Of a stretch of DNA of 64,000 bases, positions 1 to 10,655 are shown in pieces. The notes beneath the pieces were generated by a model. The model ran no database searches and was not told the origin of the DNA. It saw only the letters and a list, made by a program, of their open reading frames with translations. A program made the translations under genes and the position numbers. This DNA comes from Polyangiaceae bacterium (GTDB lineage: Bacteria; Myxococcota_A; Polyangia; Polyangiales; Polyangiaceae): contig JANRKO010000062.1 of NCBI GenBank assembly GCA_033763455.1, positions 64,001 through 128,000 on the forward strand, read 5' to 3'. How positions within the stretch are numbered: position 1 is the first letter of the stretch; each line of letters begins with the position of its first letter.

Positions 1-373
1 TCGCGAGCTTTCTGTCTTGGGCTAACACCACCAATAAAAGTCCGTCGTCGAGCTTTTTGCGGCCCAGTTGCCAGCTCGCAAAAGTCTTTACCGCGAAGTC
101 CCGCACCGGCAAGATGCCTGTGGTGGCCCCGATCCAAACCACCACCTGATGGCCAGTCTGATGCTCATAATCTGCCAACCGTTGGTTGAGTGTTTGCTCT
201 ACTTCAGGGGGCAAAAGGTCAACGCTGTCGGTTAGCCATTGTGTGGGCGGAGGGGGAATTGGTGGCGCCCCCGCTTGGGCGACTACGGTCGACCCGAACA
301 GCCCAAGCGCCAGAATGACCGCGATGAAACCGACCGCACGGACCCACCACGAGCGATCGCGCTTAGAAAGCAA
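1..373 (-). CDS. TPM domain-containing protein (runs off the left window edge)
   Basis: Not in the ORF track; translated by hand from TTG at 373, overlapping the lemA stop. Reads MLSKRDRSWWVRAVGFIAVILALGLFGSTVVAQA...WLTDSVDLL...LADYEHQTGHQVVV...FASWQLGRKKLDDGLLLVVLAQDRKLA. This is a signal peptide plus a typical TPM domain, the usual LemA partner. Confidence 0.85.
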   Translation of the reverse strand, partial: MLSKRDRSWWVRAVGFIAVILALGLFGSTVVAQAGAPPIPPPPTQWLTDSVDLLPPEVEQTLNQRLADYEHQTGHQVVVWIGATTGILPVRDFAVKTFASWQLGRKKLDDGLLLVVLAQDRKLA

Positions 374-974
374 CTTTGGGTGCTCGTGCAGCGCCGGCAT
401 CCGCATGGAAGTAGCCCTTCTCCTGAAAGCGGCTCCCAAAGAATGAGGCGATAAGTGCCGTGGGGAAGGTGTTGCGGGTGGTATTGAAGGCCCGGGTAGC
501 TTCATTGAAGCGCATTCGTTCAACGGCAATACGGTTCTCGGTGCCTTCCAGCTGTGCTTGTAGGTCACGGAAATTCTGAGTCGCCTTCAGATCTGGATAC
601 TTTTCGACAACCACCAATAAGCGAGCGAGCGACGACGAAAGCTGATTCTGCGCGTCTTCGAACTTTCGCAGTTCATTCGCATCCGCGGGCGCTCGGCCGG
701 AGCCACTGCTTGAAACTGATGCGGCCCGGCTACGAGCTTCAGTGACCTCGGTGAACGTGCTCTTCTCGAATGCTGCGGCTCCCTTCACCGTCTCCACCAG
801 GTTCGGCACCAGATCTAGGCGACGCTGATAAACGTTTTCCACCTGGGCCCACTGTGCCTGCACGCCCTGATCGAGCCCCACGAGGTTGTTGTAACTGGAA
901 ACGGAACAGCCGGCAGGCAGGATTACGCACGCCGCCACCACCGCCAAAACAATCCATAGGGTTTTTGTCAACAC
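363..974 (-). CDS. lemA: LemA family protein
   Basis: Motifs YQRRLDLVPNLVETVKG, YPDLKA and LEGTENRIAVER. Start placed at GTG 974 behind an AAGGAG RBS; the ORF track extends to 1037. Confidence 0.93.
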   Translation of the reverse strand: MLTKTLWIVLAVVAACVILPAGCSVSSYNNLVGLDQGVQAQWAQVENVYQRRLDLVPNLVETVKGAAAFEKSTFTEVTEARSRAASVSSSGSGRAPADANELRKFEDAQNQLSSSLARLLVVVEKYPDLKATQNFRDLQAQLEGTENRIAVERMRFNEATRAFNTTRNTFPTALIASFFGSRFQEKGYFHADAGAARAPKVAF

Positions 975-1121
975 TCGCTCCTTAAGCCCTGAAAAATGCT
1001 TGGTTCGAAACGTAAGGCGTGCCTTCGGGTCCGGCAAGGGCCGGGCGAGTTGATGCTGTAGAAACCGAAGTTCGCAGCGGTTGAAACAACGAGTTCATAT
1101 CGCGCGCGTAGCCTCGGGGGC

Positions 1122-3647
1122 ATGCTCGCCGTGCCAAATGTCTCGCCAAAGCCACCTGAAATCTTGCCATTCGACGGGTCGGACACCTCTGACTTCCAGC
1201 GGAGTGTTCTGAACCATGTGGTCTTCACGTGCGGCAAGGATGTGAAGGACGCCACACCTCGCGACTTCTATCGGGCTATGGCTCATTCGGTGAGGGACCG
1301 GCTGATTGGGCGCTGGCTGGCCACTCAGCGCGCTTATGACGTCGGGGACCACAAGCAAGTGCATTACTTCTCGTCGGAGTTCTTGACGGGGCGCAGCCTT
1401 GGCCTCTGTTTGCTGAACTTGGGCCTGTATGACGCGGCTGAGAGCTTCGCGCGGGAACGCGGTCTAGATCTCAATGCCGTGTTGGAGGCGGAAGGGGATC
1501 CGGGCCTTGGCAACGGGGGCCTGGGCCGACTCGCCGCGTGTTTCATGGATTCTTTGGCAACTCTGCAAATGCCCGCTGTAGGCTACGGAATTCGCTACGA
1601 TTTTGGGATATTTGAGCAGCACATTGTGGGGGGCGAACAGGTGGAAAAAAGGGATGGCTGGCTGGAGATGGAAAATCCCTGGGAATTGGCGCGCCACGAA
1701 GACGCGCAGCTCGTGAGGTTCTATGGCCGCACTCAACGCCATACGGATGAAAACGGGGAGACGCGCGTGGAATGGGTAGATGCCCGTCAGGTCATCGGCA
1801 TCCCGTTCGATTCTTTCATCACGGGGCACAAGACCCAGACGGTAAATACGCTCCGGCTGTGGGCGGCACGCGCCACGCAAGAGTTCAACTTGAACCTCTT
1901 TAACTCTGGTGATCACTGGCGAGCCGTCGAGGAAAAAGTGGATTCGGAGAATATCTCCAAGGTGCTTTACCCGGCTGACCAAACGGAACACGGTCGAGAG
2001 TTACGCCTAAAGCAGCAGTACTTTTTTGTCGCGTGCTCCGTCGCAGACATCGTAAAGCGCTACAAGCGCCGCCACAAAACCTTCAAGCACTTTCCGGATC
2101 GTGTGGCAGTGCAGATGAACGACACCCATCCGGCGATAACCGTGGCCGAGCTCATGCGTGTGCTGGTGGACGAGGAGCGTTTGCCGTGGGCTCAGGCCTG
2201 GGAAATTACGGTGAAAACGCTAGGTTATACCAACCACACCCTGATGCCTGAAGCTCTCGAAACGTGGCCGGTTGCCGTATTCGAGCGGCTTTTGCCGCGG
2301 CACCTAGAGCTCATTTACGAGATCAATCACCGCTTCTTGCGCGAGGTGCAGACACGCTGGCCACACGATGCCGCCCGTTTAGGCGAGCTTTCCATTGTGG
2401 ACGAAGGTGGTGGGCGGCGCATACGCATGGCTCACCTGGCCACCGTGGGTTCCCACAGCATCAATGGTGTCGCACGCCTGCATAGCGATCTTATCAAGAC
2501 GTCGCTATTCCCGGGCTTCCACGAACTTTGGCCCGAACGATTTAACAACAAAACCAACGGCATTACGCCCCGGCGCTGGCTTCTCTACGCTAACCCGGGG
2601 CTCTCACAGTTGATCACGGAGCTCATCGGAAGCACCTGGTGCGACAAAGATCTGATGGAGCTCGAACGCTTGCGTGAATTTCAAGGTGATGCGCACGTAC
2701 TCCAGAGGCTTTCAGCTATCAAACAGGAAAACAAGCGGGAGTTGGCACAGCTCATTAAGAAGACCCAAGGAATTTCACTTCGCGAAGACGCCATGTACGT
2801 GGTGCAGGTGAAGCGGATCCATGAATACAAGCGGCAATTGATGAATTGCCTGGAGATCATCGACTTGTACCTGCGGGCTAAGGAAGATCTCAGCGTGTTA
2901 AATGTGCCTCGGGTGTACATTTTTGCGGGAAAAGCTGCCCCGGCGTATTTTGTAGCCAAGCATCACATCAAGTTAATCTGTGACGTAGCCGACGTCATCA
3001 ACAGTGACCCAAGCCTGCAGGGGCGGCTAAAAGTAGTCTTTATTCCGAACTACGGGGTGAGCCTGGCGCAGCGCATTATCCCGGCGGCTGACGTCTCGAT
3101 TCAGATTTCTCTGGCTGGCAAGGAAGCGTCTGGCACAAGCAACATGAAATTCGCGCTCAACGGGGCACTTACTGTGGGCACTTTGGACGGTGCCAATGTG
3201 GAAATACGCGAAGAGGTTGGCGTCGAGAATTTCTTCCTTTTTGGGATGACCGCCGACGAAGTTTCAGACGCTTCGGCGCGGGGATATTCCCCGAGTGTTT
3301 GCATCGCGCGAAGTGATCGCTTGCGCGCAGTCGTCGAATTTTTGGAATCAGGATTCTTTAGTTTTGGGGATGCGGAAAGATTCAAATCAATCACTGAGTA
3401 TCTGCGCCACCACGATCCATTCATGGTATGTGCGGACTTCGATGCCTACCTTGAAGCCCAACGTGCGGTGGGTGAGTTGTTTGCCAAACCGTTGGCGTTC
3501 AGCAAGAAAGCCCTCCTGAATATTGCTGGAGCGGGTAAGTTCTCAAGCGACGCTACGATTCAGAACTACGTGGATGACATCTGGAAGCTCAAGCCGGTGC
3601 CGATCCCCGCAGCATCGGCAGGGGCAAGTATCTTGCCGGGTCGATAG
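1122..3647 (+). CDS. glgP: Glycogen/maltodextrin phosphorylase (GT35)
   Basis: GLGNGGLGRLAACF, NDTHP, KRIHEYKRQ and the PLP-lysine motif EASGTSNMKF; 841 aa. Confidence 0.97.
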   Translation: MLAVPNVSPKPPEILPFDGSDTSDFQRSVLNHVVFTCGKDVKDATPRDFYRAMAHSVRDRLIGRWLATQRAYDVGDHKQVHYFSSEFLTGRSLGLCLLNLGLYDAAESFARERGLDLNAVLEAEGDPGLGNGGLGRLAACFMDSLATLQMPAVGYGIRYDFGIFEQHIVGGEQVEKRDGWLEMENPWELARHEDAQLVRFYGRTQRHTDENGETRVEWVDARQVIGIPFDSFITGHKTQTVNTLRLWAARATQEFNLNLFNSGDHWRAVEEKVDSENISKVLYPADQTEHGRELRLKQQYFFVACSVADIVKRYKRRHKTFKHFPDRVAVQMNDTHPAITVAELMRVLVDEERLPWAQAWEITVKTLGYTNHTLMPEALETWPVAVFERLLPRHLELIYEINHRFLREVQTRWPHDAARLGELSIVDEGGGRRIRMAHLATVGSHSINGVARLHSDLIKTSLFPGFHELWPERFNNKTNGITPRRWLLYANPGLSQLITELIGSTWCDKDLMELERLREFQGDAHVLQRLSAIKQENKRELAQLIKKTQGISLREDAMYVVQVKRIHEYKRQLMNCLEIIDLYLRAKEDLSVLNVPRVYIFAGKAAPAYFVAKHHIKLICDVADVINSDPSLQGRLKVVFIPNYGVSLAQRIIPAADVSIQISLAGKEASGTSNMKFALNGALTVGTLDGANVEIREEVGVENFFLFGMTADEVSDASARGYSPSVCIARSDRLRAVVEFLESGFFSFGDAERFKSITEYLRHHDPFMVCADFDAYLEAQRAVGELFAKPLAFSKKALLNIAGAGKFSSDATIQNYVDDIWKLKPVPIPAASAGASILPGR

Positions 3648-3702
3648 AGGGCTAAAGTTACCGCCCCTTCACGCAGTCAAAGTGCGTGGTAGCCTTCTCG
3701 GG

Positions 3703-4776
3703 ATGCGAATTCTGTACGGCGTGGTGGGTGAGGGCATGGGCCACGCGATGCGATCGCGTGTCATTCTGGAGCACTTGTTTGAGGCCGGGCATGAGGTTGA
3801 AATCATGGCCTCGGGGCGTGCTGCGGAGTTCCTACGCAAACGCTTCGCTGAGCGAGGTTGGGTACACCGTATTCATGGGATGCACATTGTGTACGACGAT
3901 AACCGCGTGCGAAAAGGGTCGACTCTTTGGTCGAACGTTGTAAGCGGGGTGGCGGCGTTGCCACGTCAGATAGCGGCCTACTTTGAGCTCATTGCCGATT
4001 TTAAGGCGGAGCTTGTAATCAGCGACTTTGAATCTTGGACCTACCATTACGCCAAAGTGCATCGGCTTCCGATCTTGAGCATCGATAACATGCAGGTGAT
4101 CCACCGCTGTAACCTGGATCCAGAGGTTATATCGGGTCACAAGAACGAATTCGAGCTCACCAAGGCATTCGTAAAAACCAAACTGCCCTTCTGCGACGAA
4201 TACTTGATCACCTCATTCTTTCGGCCTCCCGTACGCAAGCCTCACACTGAGCTTTTTCCTCCAATTCTGCGCCCGGAGATTTTAGCCACACACGTTTCAG
4301 AAGGTGAACATCTGCTGGTCTATCAGACCGCTGAAGGTGGGCATGAGCTCCTAGATACCCTCCAAAAAAGCGGTCTTGAATGTCGCGTGTACGGAGTGCG
4401 CCGGAACCTAACGGAGGAAGTGGTCGAGGGAAACTTGCGTTTTCGCCTATTTAGCGAAGCTGGGTTCGTGAGCGATCTGGCACAAGCGCGTGGCGTCATT
4501 GCGGGTGGTGGGTTCACGCTAATGGGGGAAGCGGTGTTTCTCAGGAAGCCGATGCTGGCGGTGCCGGTGCGGGGGCAGTTTGAACAGGTACTAAATGCTC
4601 GGTACTTGCACCTGCTGGGATATGGGCGTTACGCGGAGTCCCTGGCGGATCCGAGGCACGTAGCTGAGTTCATTGCCGCTATCCCGCGCTGTGCGGAGGC
4701 CCTTTCAGGTTATTCGCAACTAGGGAACTCAGAGATCTTAGCTGCGTTAGACGGCCACCTGGCGCGCCTAGGGTAA
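3703..4776 (+). CDS. MJ1255/VC2487-family GT-B glycosyltransferase
   Basis: MRILYGVVGEGMGHAMRS, ISDFE, GGGFTLMGEA and GQFEQ motifs; ATG at 3703. Confidence 0.85.
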   Translation: MRILYGVVGEGMGHAMRSRVILEHLFEAGHEVEIMASGRAAEFLRKRFAERGWVHRIHGMHIVYDDNRVRKGSTLWSNVVSGVAALPRQIAAYFELIADFKAELVISDFESWTYHYAKVHRLPILSIDNMQVIHRCNLDPEVISGHKNEFELTKAFVKTKLPFCDEYLITSFFRPPVRKPHTELFPPILRPEILATHVSEGEHLLVYQTAEGGHELLDTLQKSGLECRVYGVRRNLTEEVVEGNLRFRLFSEAGFVSDLAQARGVIAGGGFTLMGEAVFLRKPMLAVPVRGQFEQVLNARYLHLLGYGRYAESLADPRHVAEFIAAIPRCAEALSGYSQLGNSEILAALDGHLARLG

Positions 4777-4845
4777 GCCAACGAGCCCGGAGTTTAACCC
4801 ACGGCGGAGGGTGCTGATGCGCTCACGCCAGGCATTGAGTGCCCG

Positions 4846-7395
4846 CTAATTGCCCAGGTGGATAAGGCTTAGAAGGGGTCGCCCGGCAGTCCGGGAAGCG
4901 ACTAAATCGACGCGCACTGTGAAACGCCAGTCGTTGGTCTCTTCGGGATCGCAGAGAATTTGCTCGATTTGCCATGCGCCGTCGAGCTTCTGGATGCGAG
5001 TGTTGAGAGGATGGCGCGCGCTCGGATCCGTGCGCAAAGTGCCGTGTTCGGCCCAAAACGCTTGCAAAGCCGCTTCCAACTTTGCGGGGGAAAAGCTCCC
5101 TTCTCCGGGTTCAAGCAGGGCAGCGGCGCCCGCGTAATCTTGACGCGCCAGGGCTCGCACGACCGAAAATACCGCGTTCCGGACTAGAACCGTGAAAGCC
5201 TTCGGATCTCGCGTAACATCAGCCGTGTCGATGGGTTGCTCGAGGCGCTCTTCGACGGTTTGAATTTTGCCCTCGCGCTGGCGCTCCCATTCGTCCAGCA
5301 AGCTGGAGTCAACCGCGCGCACCATAATGCCAAAGTAGGTCACGATGTCGTCAACAGCTTCGTTGCGAGCATTGAGTGGCACGCTGCGTACCAGTGCCTT
5401 GTACACCTCCGAGAGGTAACGAAGCAACAGGCCCTCGGCGCGCTCCATGCCGTACTCTTTGATATAGTCGGAGAATGAGAGGAGGTTTTCGTACATCTCT
5501 CGGGCCACTGATTTGGGGCGCACATTCTCCGAGCCTATCCACGGGTGTTCCTTCGCAAATGCGTTGAAGGTGTCGTAGATGAAGTCGCGATTGGGCTTTG
5601 GGTACTCTACCTCCTCAAGCCTGGCGATGCGCTCTTCGTATTCCACGCCCTGTGCTTTGAGCTCGGCCATCAGTGCCGTCTTCAGTTTATCCACCTGCCG
5701 CATGAGCACAAAATCAGGATTTTCGAGGATGGATTCCACGAGGCTGAGCACATCCAAACCGTAGCCGGGATCTTCTGGATCCAGCAGCTTGAGAGCGGTC
5801 ATCAAGTACAAACCTAGCGTTTGATTCAGCGAAAAATCGTCCTGAAGATCCAGGTTGACGATGATCTGCTTTTCTTCGGTAACCTCGAGCACCTGCGCCT
5901 GAAGTAAGGAATCGAGTAAAACCTTTGCGGTCTTAGCGGCGCTGCGTTTCTCGACACGGCGCCCGTGGGAACGATGAATTAGTCGCGCAAGCGCGCGGCA
6001 CCCGCCTTCCTGCGACAGGACATTGATCAACATGCCGTGGGTCACGGAAAACCGAGAGGTAAGTGGCTCGGGTGGCGAAGATACAAGCCGATCAAACGTG
6101 GCACGGTCCCAGTGCACGTAGCCGCGCTCGGGGGGCTTCTTCTTGACGACCTTCTTCTTCTTGCCTTCGCCGCTATTTTTTGCGTCTAGACGCAAGTTCT
6201 CAATAACGTGTTCGGGGGCCTGCACCACAACGCTACCGTGATCATCAAAACCCTTTCTGCCGGCACGCCCACTGATCTGTTGAAAATCCCGCACGCTCAA
6301 AATAGCGGTTTTCTCGCCATCGAACTTGCAAAGGCCGGTAAATAGCACCGTTCGGATCGGGATGTTCACGCCAACGCCCAGCGTGTCCGTCCCACAAATA
6401 ACCTTCAATAGCCCCGTCTGCGCGAGGCGTTCCACGATCAATCGATACTTTGGCAGCAAGCCCGCATGGTGAACACCGATGCCGTGGCGCAAGAACTTCT
6501 GGAACTCTTTGCCGTAGGGGCTCGCCCAGCGGACACCCAAAAGAGCGTCATGAATTTTGCGTTTGTCTTCCTTGGAAGAAAAATCGCTGCTCATCAGGTT
6601 CTGCGCGAATTCCGCGCAAGCGCGCTGCGTGAACGCCACGAGGTAAATGGGGTACCGCGACGTCTGAACCAACTCCTGGATCGTCTCGTGGAGCGGGGTC
6701 TGGCGGTAATCGTAATCGAGCGGAACAGGGCGCACCGAGGAATGGATCGCGGCGGTCTCCCGCCCGTTCCGACGGGTGAGCTCAGCCTGGAAAAACTCCG
6801 TGGGCCCAAGCGTGGCGGACATGAGCAGGAAGGTGGCTTGCGGCAAGCTAAGGAGCGGCACCTGCCACGCGGTGCCTCGGTCGCGATCGGAGTAGTAGTG
6901 AAATTCATCCATCACCACGGCTCCCACATCGGCACGGCCTCCCTCTCGAAGCGCGATATTAGCCAGGATCTCAGCCGTACAACAAATGATGGGGGCGCTT
7001 GGATTTACGCTCGCATCCCCCGTCATCAGCCCAACATTCTCGGAGCCGAACGCTTTGGAGAGTGCAAAAAACTTCTCGTTCACCAGTGCCTTGATCGGGC
7101 ATGTATAAAATGAACGTTGATCGAGGGCCATCGCGCGAAAGTGCAGCGCGGTGGCCACCAAGGATTTACCCGAACCCGTGGGTGTCGAAAGGATCAGATT
7201 CTTACCGGCAAAGATCTCAAGAATTGCTTCTTCTTGGGCTGGGTAAAGTTCGAGGCCAATGCCCTTCACGTACTCAAGGAATGGCTCAAGCAAGGCGTCG
7301 CCTGGTGGATCCGGGTTCTCGGGATCTGCGAACCCCGGATACTCCGCTGCCAGTTGATCGAGGTGTAGTTCTAAGGGTGCGCGTTCAGAGGTCAT
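4846..7395 (-). CDS. Ski2/HelY-like DEAD/DEAH RNA helicase with DUF3516 C-terminus
   Basis: [31 protein letters not shown] and QISGRAGR; long C-terminal region typical of DUF3516 helicases. Confidence 0.9.
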   Translation of the reverse strand: MTSERAPLELHLDQLAAEYPGFADPENPDPPGDALLEPFLEYVKGIGLELYPAQEEAILEIFAGKNLILSTPTGSGKSLVATALHFRAMALDQRSFYTCPIKALVNEKFFALSKAFGSENVGLMTGDASVNPSAPIICCTAEILANIALREGGRADVGAVVMDEFHYYSDRDRGTAWQVPLLSLPQATFLLMSATLGPTEFFQAELTRRNGRETAAIHSSVRPVPLDYDYRQTPLHETIQELVQTSRYPIYLVAFTQRACAEFAQNLMSSDFSSKEDKRKIHDALLGVRWASPYGKEFQKFLRHGIGVHHAGLLPKYRLIVERLAQTGLLKVICGTDTLGVGVNIPIRTVLFTGLCKFDGEKTAILSVRDFQQISGRAGRKGFDDHGSVVVQAPEHVIENLRLDAKNSGEGKKKKVVKKKPPERGYVHWDRATFDRLVSSPPEPLTSRFSVTHGMLINVLSQEGGCRALARLIHRSHGRRVEKRSAAKTAKVLLDSLLQAQVLEVTEEKQIIVNLDLQDDFSLNQTLGLYLMTALKLLDPEDPGYGLDVLSLVESILENPDFVLMRQVDKLKTALMAELKAQGVEYEERIARLEEVEYPKPNRDFIYDTFNAFAKEHPWIGSENVRPKSVAREMYENLLSFSDYIKEYGMERAEGLLLRYLSEVYKALVRSVPLNARNEAVDDIVTYFGIMVRAVDSSLLDEWERQREGKIQTVEERLEQPIDTADVTRDPKAFTVLVRNAVFSVVRALARQDYAGAAALLEPGEGSFSPAKLEAALQAFWAEHGTLRTDPSARHPLNTRIQKLDGAWQIEQILCDPEETNDWRFTVRVDLVASRTAGRPLLSLIHLGN

Positions 7396-7520
7396 GCACA
7401 AATTGGCTTTCGGGCGCGAGCGCGGACCGTTGCTCACAACATCGAGAGGTGCAAGTGGCCGAGCAGCCGTCGCTCACCTCGGGCCGTGGCGGCGCAAGGC
7501 ATTGCGAGCTCTAAGTGAGA

Positions 7521-7538
7521 TACTTAGCATGCTAAGTA
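7521..7538. promoter_or_regulatory. Perfect 18-bp palindrome TACTTAGCATGCTAAGTA, candidate repressor operator
   Basis: Exact self-reverse-complement in AT-rich intergenic DNA about 125 bp upstream of the helicase start; a third CTAAGT half-site lies at 7511. Confidence 0.45.
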
Positions 7539-7602
7539 CTCCTGCGTCCGAGAAGAAGGCTCGTGCGGTGCTAATCCCTCATGTAAGGAACAGTTCAAAT
7601 GT

Positions 7603-8613
7603 TTACACTTGCCAGGCGCCGTTTTGGAACACAATACGTTGATCAAGCCTTACCGTGTTTGCAGCCGCGAAAACGTCCACGTGGTGTTTTCCCGCGCGCC
7701 GACCAAAGCCGGGCTTCACGTAGATAGCGTGTTTGGCCCCCAGCGAAAGGTGGATACCGCACATGCGTTCATAGGTTCCAACGTCGGAAACTAGCCGCTC
7801 AGGAGTGAACGCTCTGTTCATTCCGAAGCCAAGCTCTCGGAGCCACACTTCGCCTTCATCTGCTCGAATGCGTGCCAGGACTTCTTCGAATTCCGGGGTG
7901 GAGTGCTCGGCCGCAGTTACTCTACCTGCTTCAACAATGAGGGTGATCGGTGTCGGCGGCTTATTGACCTGAAACGCAACGTCGGCAAAAGCAAACGTGC
8001 GCACGCGACCATTCACACGTTCGAGATCTTTGGATTCCGTGAAGACCTCCCCGATAGGGAATTGGCCGCCGATATTGGCCATCCCCGTGTAATCCCCCAC
8101 ATTCAATTTGGCAGGCTCGAAGCCGGCTGGAAAGATCAGCTCTTCACCGCCGCTTTCCACCACGCACACTTCCGCGCTGTCGATATGCGCTTTAAGCTTT
8201 CTGCCGACTCCACGATAGTATTGCGGATCATAGGCTAGCGACTCGATATACGTGAGGGCCGCTTCTCCCGTCATACGGTAAAGATGCGGATGCTCAATCA
8301 CCTTGAGTTTGCGCTTAAAGAGCTCAACCCGCACCCGATAGGCATCTAGTCGAAAGCTCGTGGATTGGATTAAGATCGCAAGATCGAGAGGGGCGAGCTG
8401 GTTAAAAACCTCCAGAATGAACTCGGGGGTTGCCTGGTCGAAGTCGATAAGCCGCGCCTGCGGTAACGCTTGGCGGTACGCATCGTAGAGGATGATGGAG
8501 AGCTCGGACCGTAGGTCGTAGACGATGACAGCTTCGTGAGCGGGGGAATGCTCAAAGGCAATCGCCAGAATGTCTTCGATGTGCTTTTGGGCGCTTTTTG
8601 TTCTTGCGGTCAA
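7603..8613 (-). CDS. Putative M29 (aminopeptidase T-like) metallopeptidase-related protein
   Basis: C-terminal GQFPIGEVFT, ELGFGMN, YERMCGIHLSLG and HVD resemble the metal-ligand pattern of M29/aminopeptidase T-like proteins. Confidence 0.55.
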   Translation of the reverse strand: MTARTKSAQKHIEDILAIAFEHSPAHEAVIVYDLRSELSIILYDAYRQALPQARLIDFDQATPEFILEVFNQLAPLDLAILIQSTSFRLDAYRVRVELFKRKLKVIEHPHLYRMTGEAALTYIESLAYDPQYYRGVGRKLKAHIDSAEVCVVESGGEELIFPAGFEPAKLNVGDYTGMANIGGQFPIGEVFTESKDLERVNGRVRTFAFADVAFQVNKPPTPITLIVEAGRVTAAEHSTPEFEEVLARIRADEGEVWLRELGFGMNRAFTPERLVSDVGTYERMCGIHLSLGAKHAIYVKPGFGRRAGKHHVDVFAAANTVRLDQRIVFQNGAWQV

Positions 8614-8889
8614 TGGTCTGGCTCTTTGGCACTTCGGCGTGTTTCATACTCCGAGCGGCAGGTGCGCTGGGGTAGAGCGCAGGGTGCTAGGCGCGTGAGC
8701 GACGCGCAAGAGCCCATGTGGGCGGGGGCATGAACCAGGCGTAAACACTTGTTGCGCCAGAGGTGGTAGGGAACCATCCATGGGCTAGGTGGGGCTTTTC
8801 TGCTGTCCGAGCGCTAGTGCACGGCAGCGCCGCGCGCGTCCTGGCCTCGTGGGCGCCCCAAGGGACCCGTTTCGACGACACACACCGTT

Positions 8890-9063
8890 TTACGCGATCA
8901 AGTTAACGTTGCGACCCAAGTGCTGCTGAACCGGAAGAGCGGGCTTGGCTGATTGGATCAACTCAAGCTGTTGCTGCCCTTCAGTCCGGATCGCATTCAA
9001 CGTACGGGCCGCCATGATGGCGCCGATCTCTGTACTAGCGGTGAGGTTATTATTCACGGGCAT
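8890..9063 (-). CDS. Small protein resembling the YjfB (putative motility protein) family
   Basis: 57 aa, MPVNNNLTAS...QQQLELIQSA...HLGRNVNLIA; the C-terminal HLGxNxxxxA pattern resembles YjfB. GAAGGT upstream of the ATG. Confidence 0.5.
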   Translation of the reverse strand: MPVNNNLTASTEIGAIMAARTLNAIRTEGQQQLELIQSAKPALPVQQHLGRNVNLIA

Positions 9064-9318
9064 AGGGTGTACCTTCGGCGGCACTTGTTTGGCCAAGCAC
9101 CGTCCTCCTCCACGAACGGCCAGCGGTCCGGGAGTCTTGAACGGAAATGCTCCCAAGCGGTGACGCGAGCGCCGCGTTCGCCTCAGGTAGGTGCTCACAG
9201 GCCGAAATCTCAGGCCTTTGCTTGGTGTTCCGTGGGAAGCCTGGTAAGTCTGCCGAGCGCTGCGGTGAGAGTGCCCCGCGTGTCAAATTGGGACTGGCGC
9301 TCAGAGTTCTTGGTACGC

Positions 9319-9936
9319 ATGCGAAATTTAATCCGAAACGCCACTATCCGAACTCTTACAGCCACACTTTCACTGGTTCTTTTCGCGGGGTGCGAAGAGG
9401 AGAAACCAGCCGCCCAGGCGCCTGCTGCCGCCGCCACGCCCTCTGCGGCACCGACTCCTACACCCACGCCCACTGAGGAACCGGCGCCGGCCAAGCCCGC
9501 TCGCCCCGAAAAAATCGATCAAACCCTCACTGATGAACGCCGTGCAGCGATCGAAAGCAAATATCCTGACGCCAAAGGCTTTCTGTCAGCCGCTGAAGTG
9601 GAAGGAAAGCTTCAGAAGAACAAAGCTCTGAAGGACGAGAAAACGGCGCGGGCGGCGTTTGACAAGTTGGTTAAGGGCAAGTGGATCTTGTTTTCTGGCA
9701 ATGCCGTGAACCTGACCGCGCAAGGATTTGATATGGGGATCGTCTACACTCCACTTATTCCTGGGGACACGATCGGGATCAGCAAGCAATGGTTCCCCGT
9801 CACGTTGAGCGCCGTAGAAGGCTACAAAGAAGACGCCTTCAAGGTCGGCGACGTGTCGGTGGTGCTCGTGAAGTACACCGGGGCCGGCAAGGCTAGCCCT
9901 GGCTATGAACTCGTTGCGACGGGCGCCTGGAAGTAA
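9319..9936 (+). CDS. Hypothetical lipoprotein (Pro/Ala-rich linker, possible OB-fold domain)
   Basis: Lipobox LFAGC after a basic/hydrophobic leader, then a PTPTP linker and a globular domain. Confidence 0.7.
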   Translation: MRNLIRNATIRTLTATLSLVLFAGCEEEKPAAQAPAAAATPSAAPTPTPTPTEEPAPAKPARPEKIDQTLTDERRAAIESKYPDAKGFLSAAEVEGKLQKNKALKDEKTARAAFDKLVKGKWILFSGNAVNLTAQGFDMGIVYTPLIPGDTIGISKQWFPVTLSAVEGYKEDAFKVGDVSVVLVKYTGAGKASPGYELVATGAWK

Positions 9937-9942
9937 GCCGCC

Positions 9943-9990
9943 TCAAAGCCAGCCCAATATTGCCACTCAAAGCCAGCCCAATATTCCCAC
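9943..9990. repeat. 24-bp tandem duplication (1 mismatch) of a gene 3' end
   Basis: TCAAAGCCAGCCCAATATTGCCAC (9943-9966) then TCAAAGCCAGCCCAATATTCCCAC (9967-9990). On the minus strand both copies read V(A/G)ILGWL-stop. Confidence 0.9.
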
Positions 9991-10608
9991 CTGAATGAGA
10001 CCAATCGTCTGGTAGTGGCGCATGACGCGATTCGGGCCGGAGTCTACCGCGCCTGAGAAATCGACGTCCAGAGTCGGACCGAACACAATGCCGAAGTGCT
10101 CCGCGGGCGTGAGAACGAAGGTGGGCTCAGCCGTGAGCCCAAGGCCGTTCTCATTTCCCGGATCGGTTGAGTGGTACGTGAAGCCCCCGCGTAACCAGAA
10201 GCTAAACGCAGTGCTAATGGGCCAAAGGTAGCCGACTCTTGGCGCGAAGACGATACTCTCGGTGCTACTGCTGCGCCGTCCGTCGTTGTCGTCCATAGAG
10301 ACATTCGCAAACCCCAGTGATCCGCCGAGGCTAAGCTGCTCGGTGACAAACACATCAACCGCCGCACGTGGCACTTCGTACGGCGAGATATTGGTTCGAC
10401 CGCTCCAGCCGAATCCAATACGTGTCGAGTCGAACACATCATCGGGTTGCCCCGGGCGCCCGGTGATTTGCTTGGAGAATGAAACTCCAAACAGGCGATC
10501 GCCCGAGAACACAACATCCAGCGGTTTTCCGAGGGTCTGCGCACGTGCTTCAGGGGCAGCCGCAAAGCCAATGAGTCCACATGCCGCCGCGACGAGTGTG
10601 TTTTTCAT
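9967..10608 (-). CDS. Hypothetical secreted outer-membrane beta-barrel-like protein
   Basis: Signal peptide (MKNTLVAAACG...ARA), alternating beta-strand pattern (APRVGYLWP, FWLRGGFTY), aromatic C-terminus GWL. Alternative start at 10659. Confidence 0.65.
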   Translation of the reverse strand: MKNTLVAAACGLIGFAAAPEARAQTLGKPLDVVFSGDRLFGVSFSKQITGRPGQPDDVFDSTRIGFGWSGRTNISPYEVPRAAVDVFVTEQLSLGGSLGFANVSMDDNDGRRSSSTESIVFAPRVGYLWPISTAFSFWLRGGFTYHSTDPGNENGLGLTAEPTFVLTPAEHFGIVFGPTLDVDFSGAVDSGPNRVMRHYQTIGLIQVGILGWL

Positions 10609-10655
10609 AAGCTGGATCTTCCGCACTTCGACTCCAGACGCAAGGCTAAGCTGCT

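Noticed and set aside
9081..9096. Sigma-54-like GG-N10-GC (TTGGCCAAACAAGTGC, minus strand) before the YjfB-like ORF
   Set aside because: Weak match to TGGCAC, and it would leave only about 6 nt of leader, cutting off the apparent RBS.
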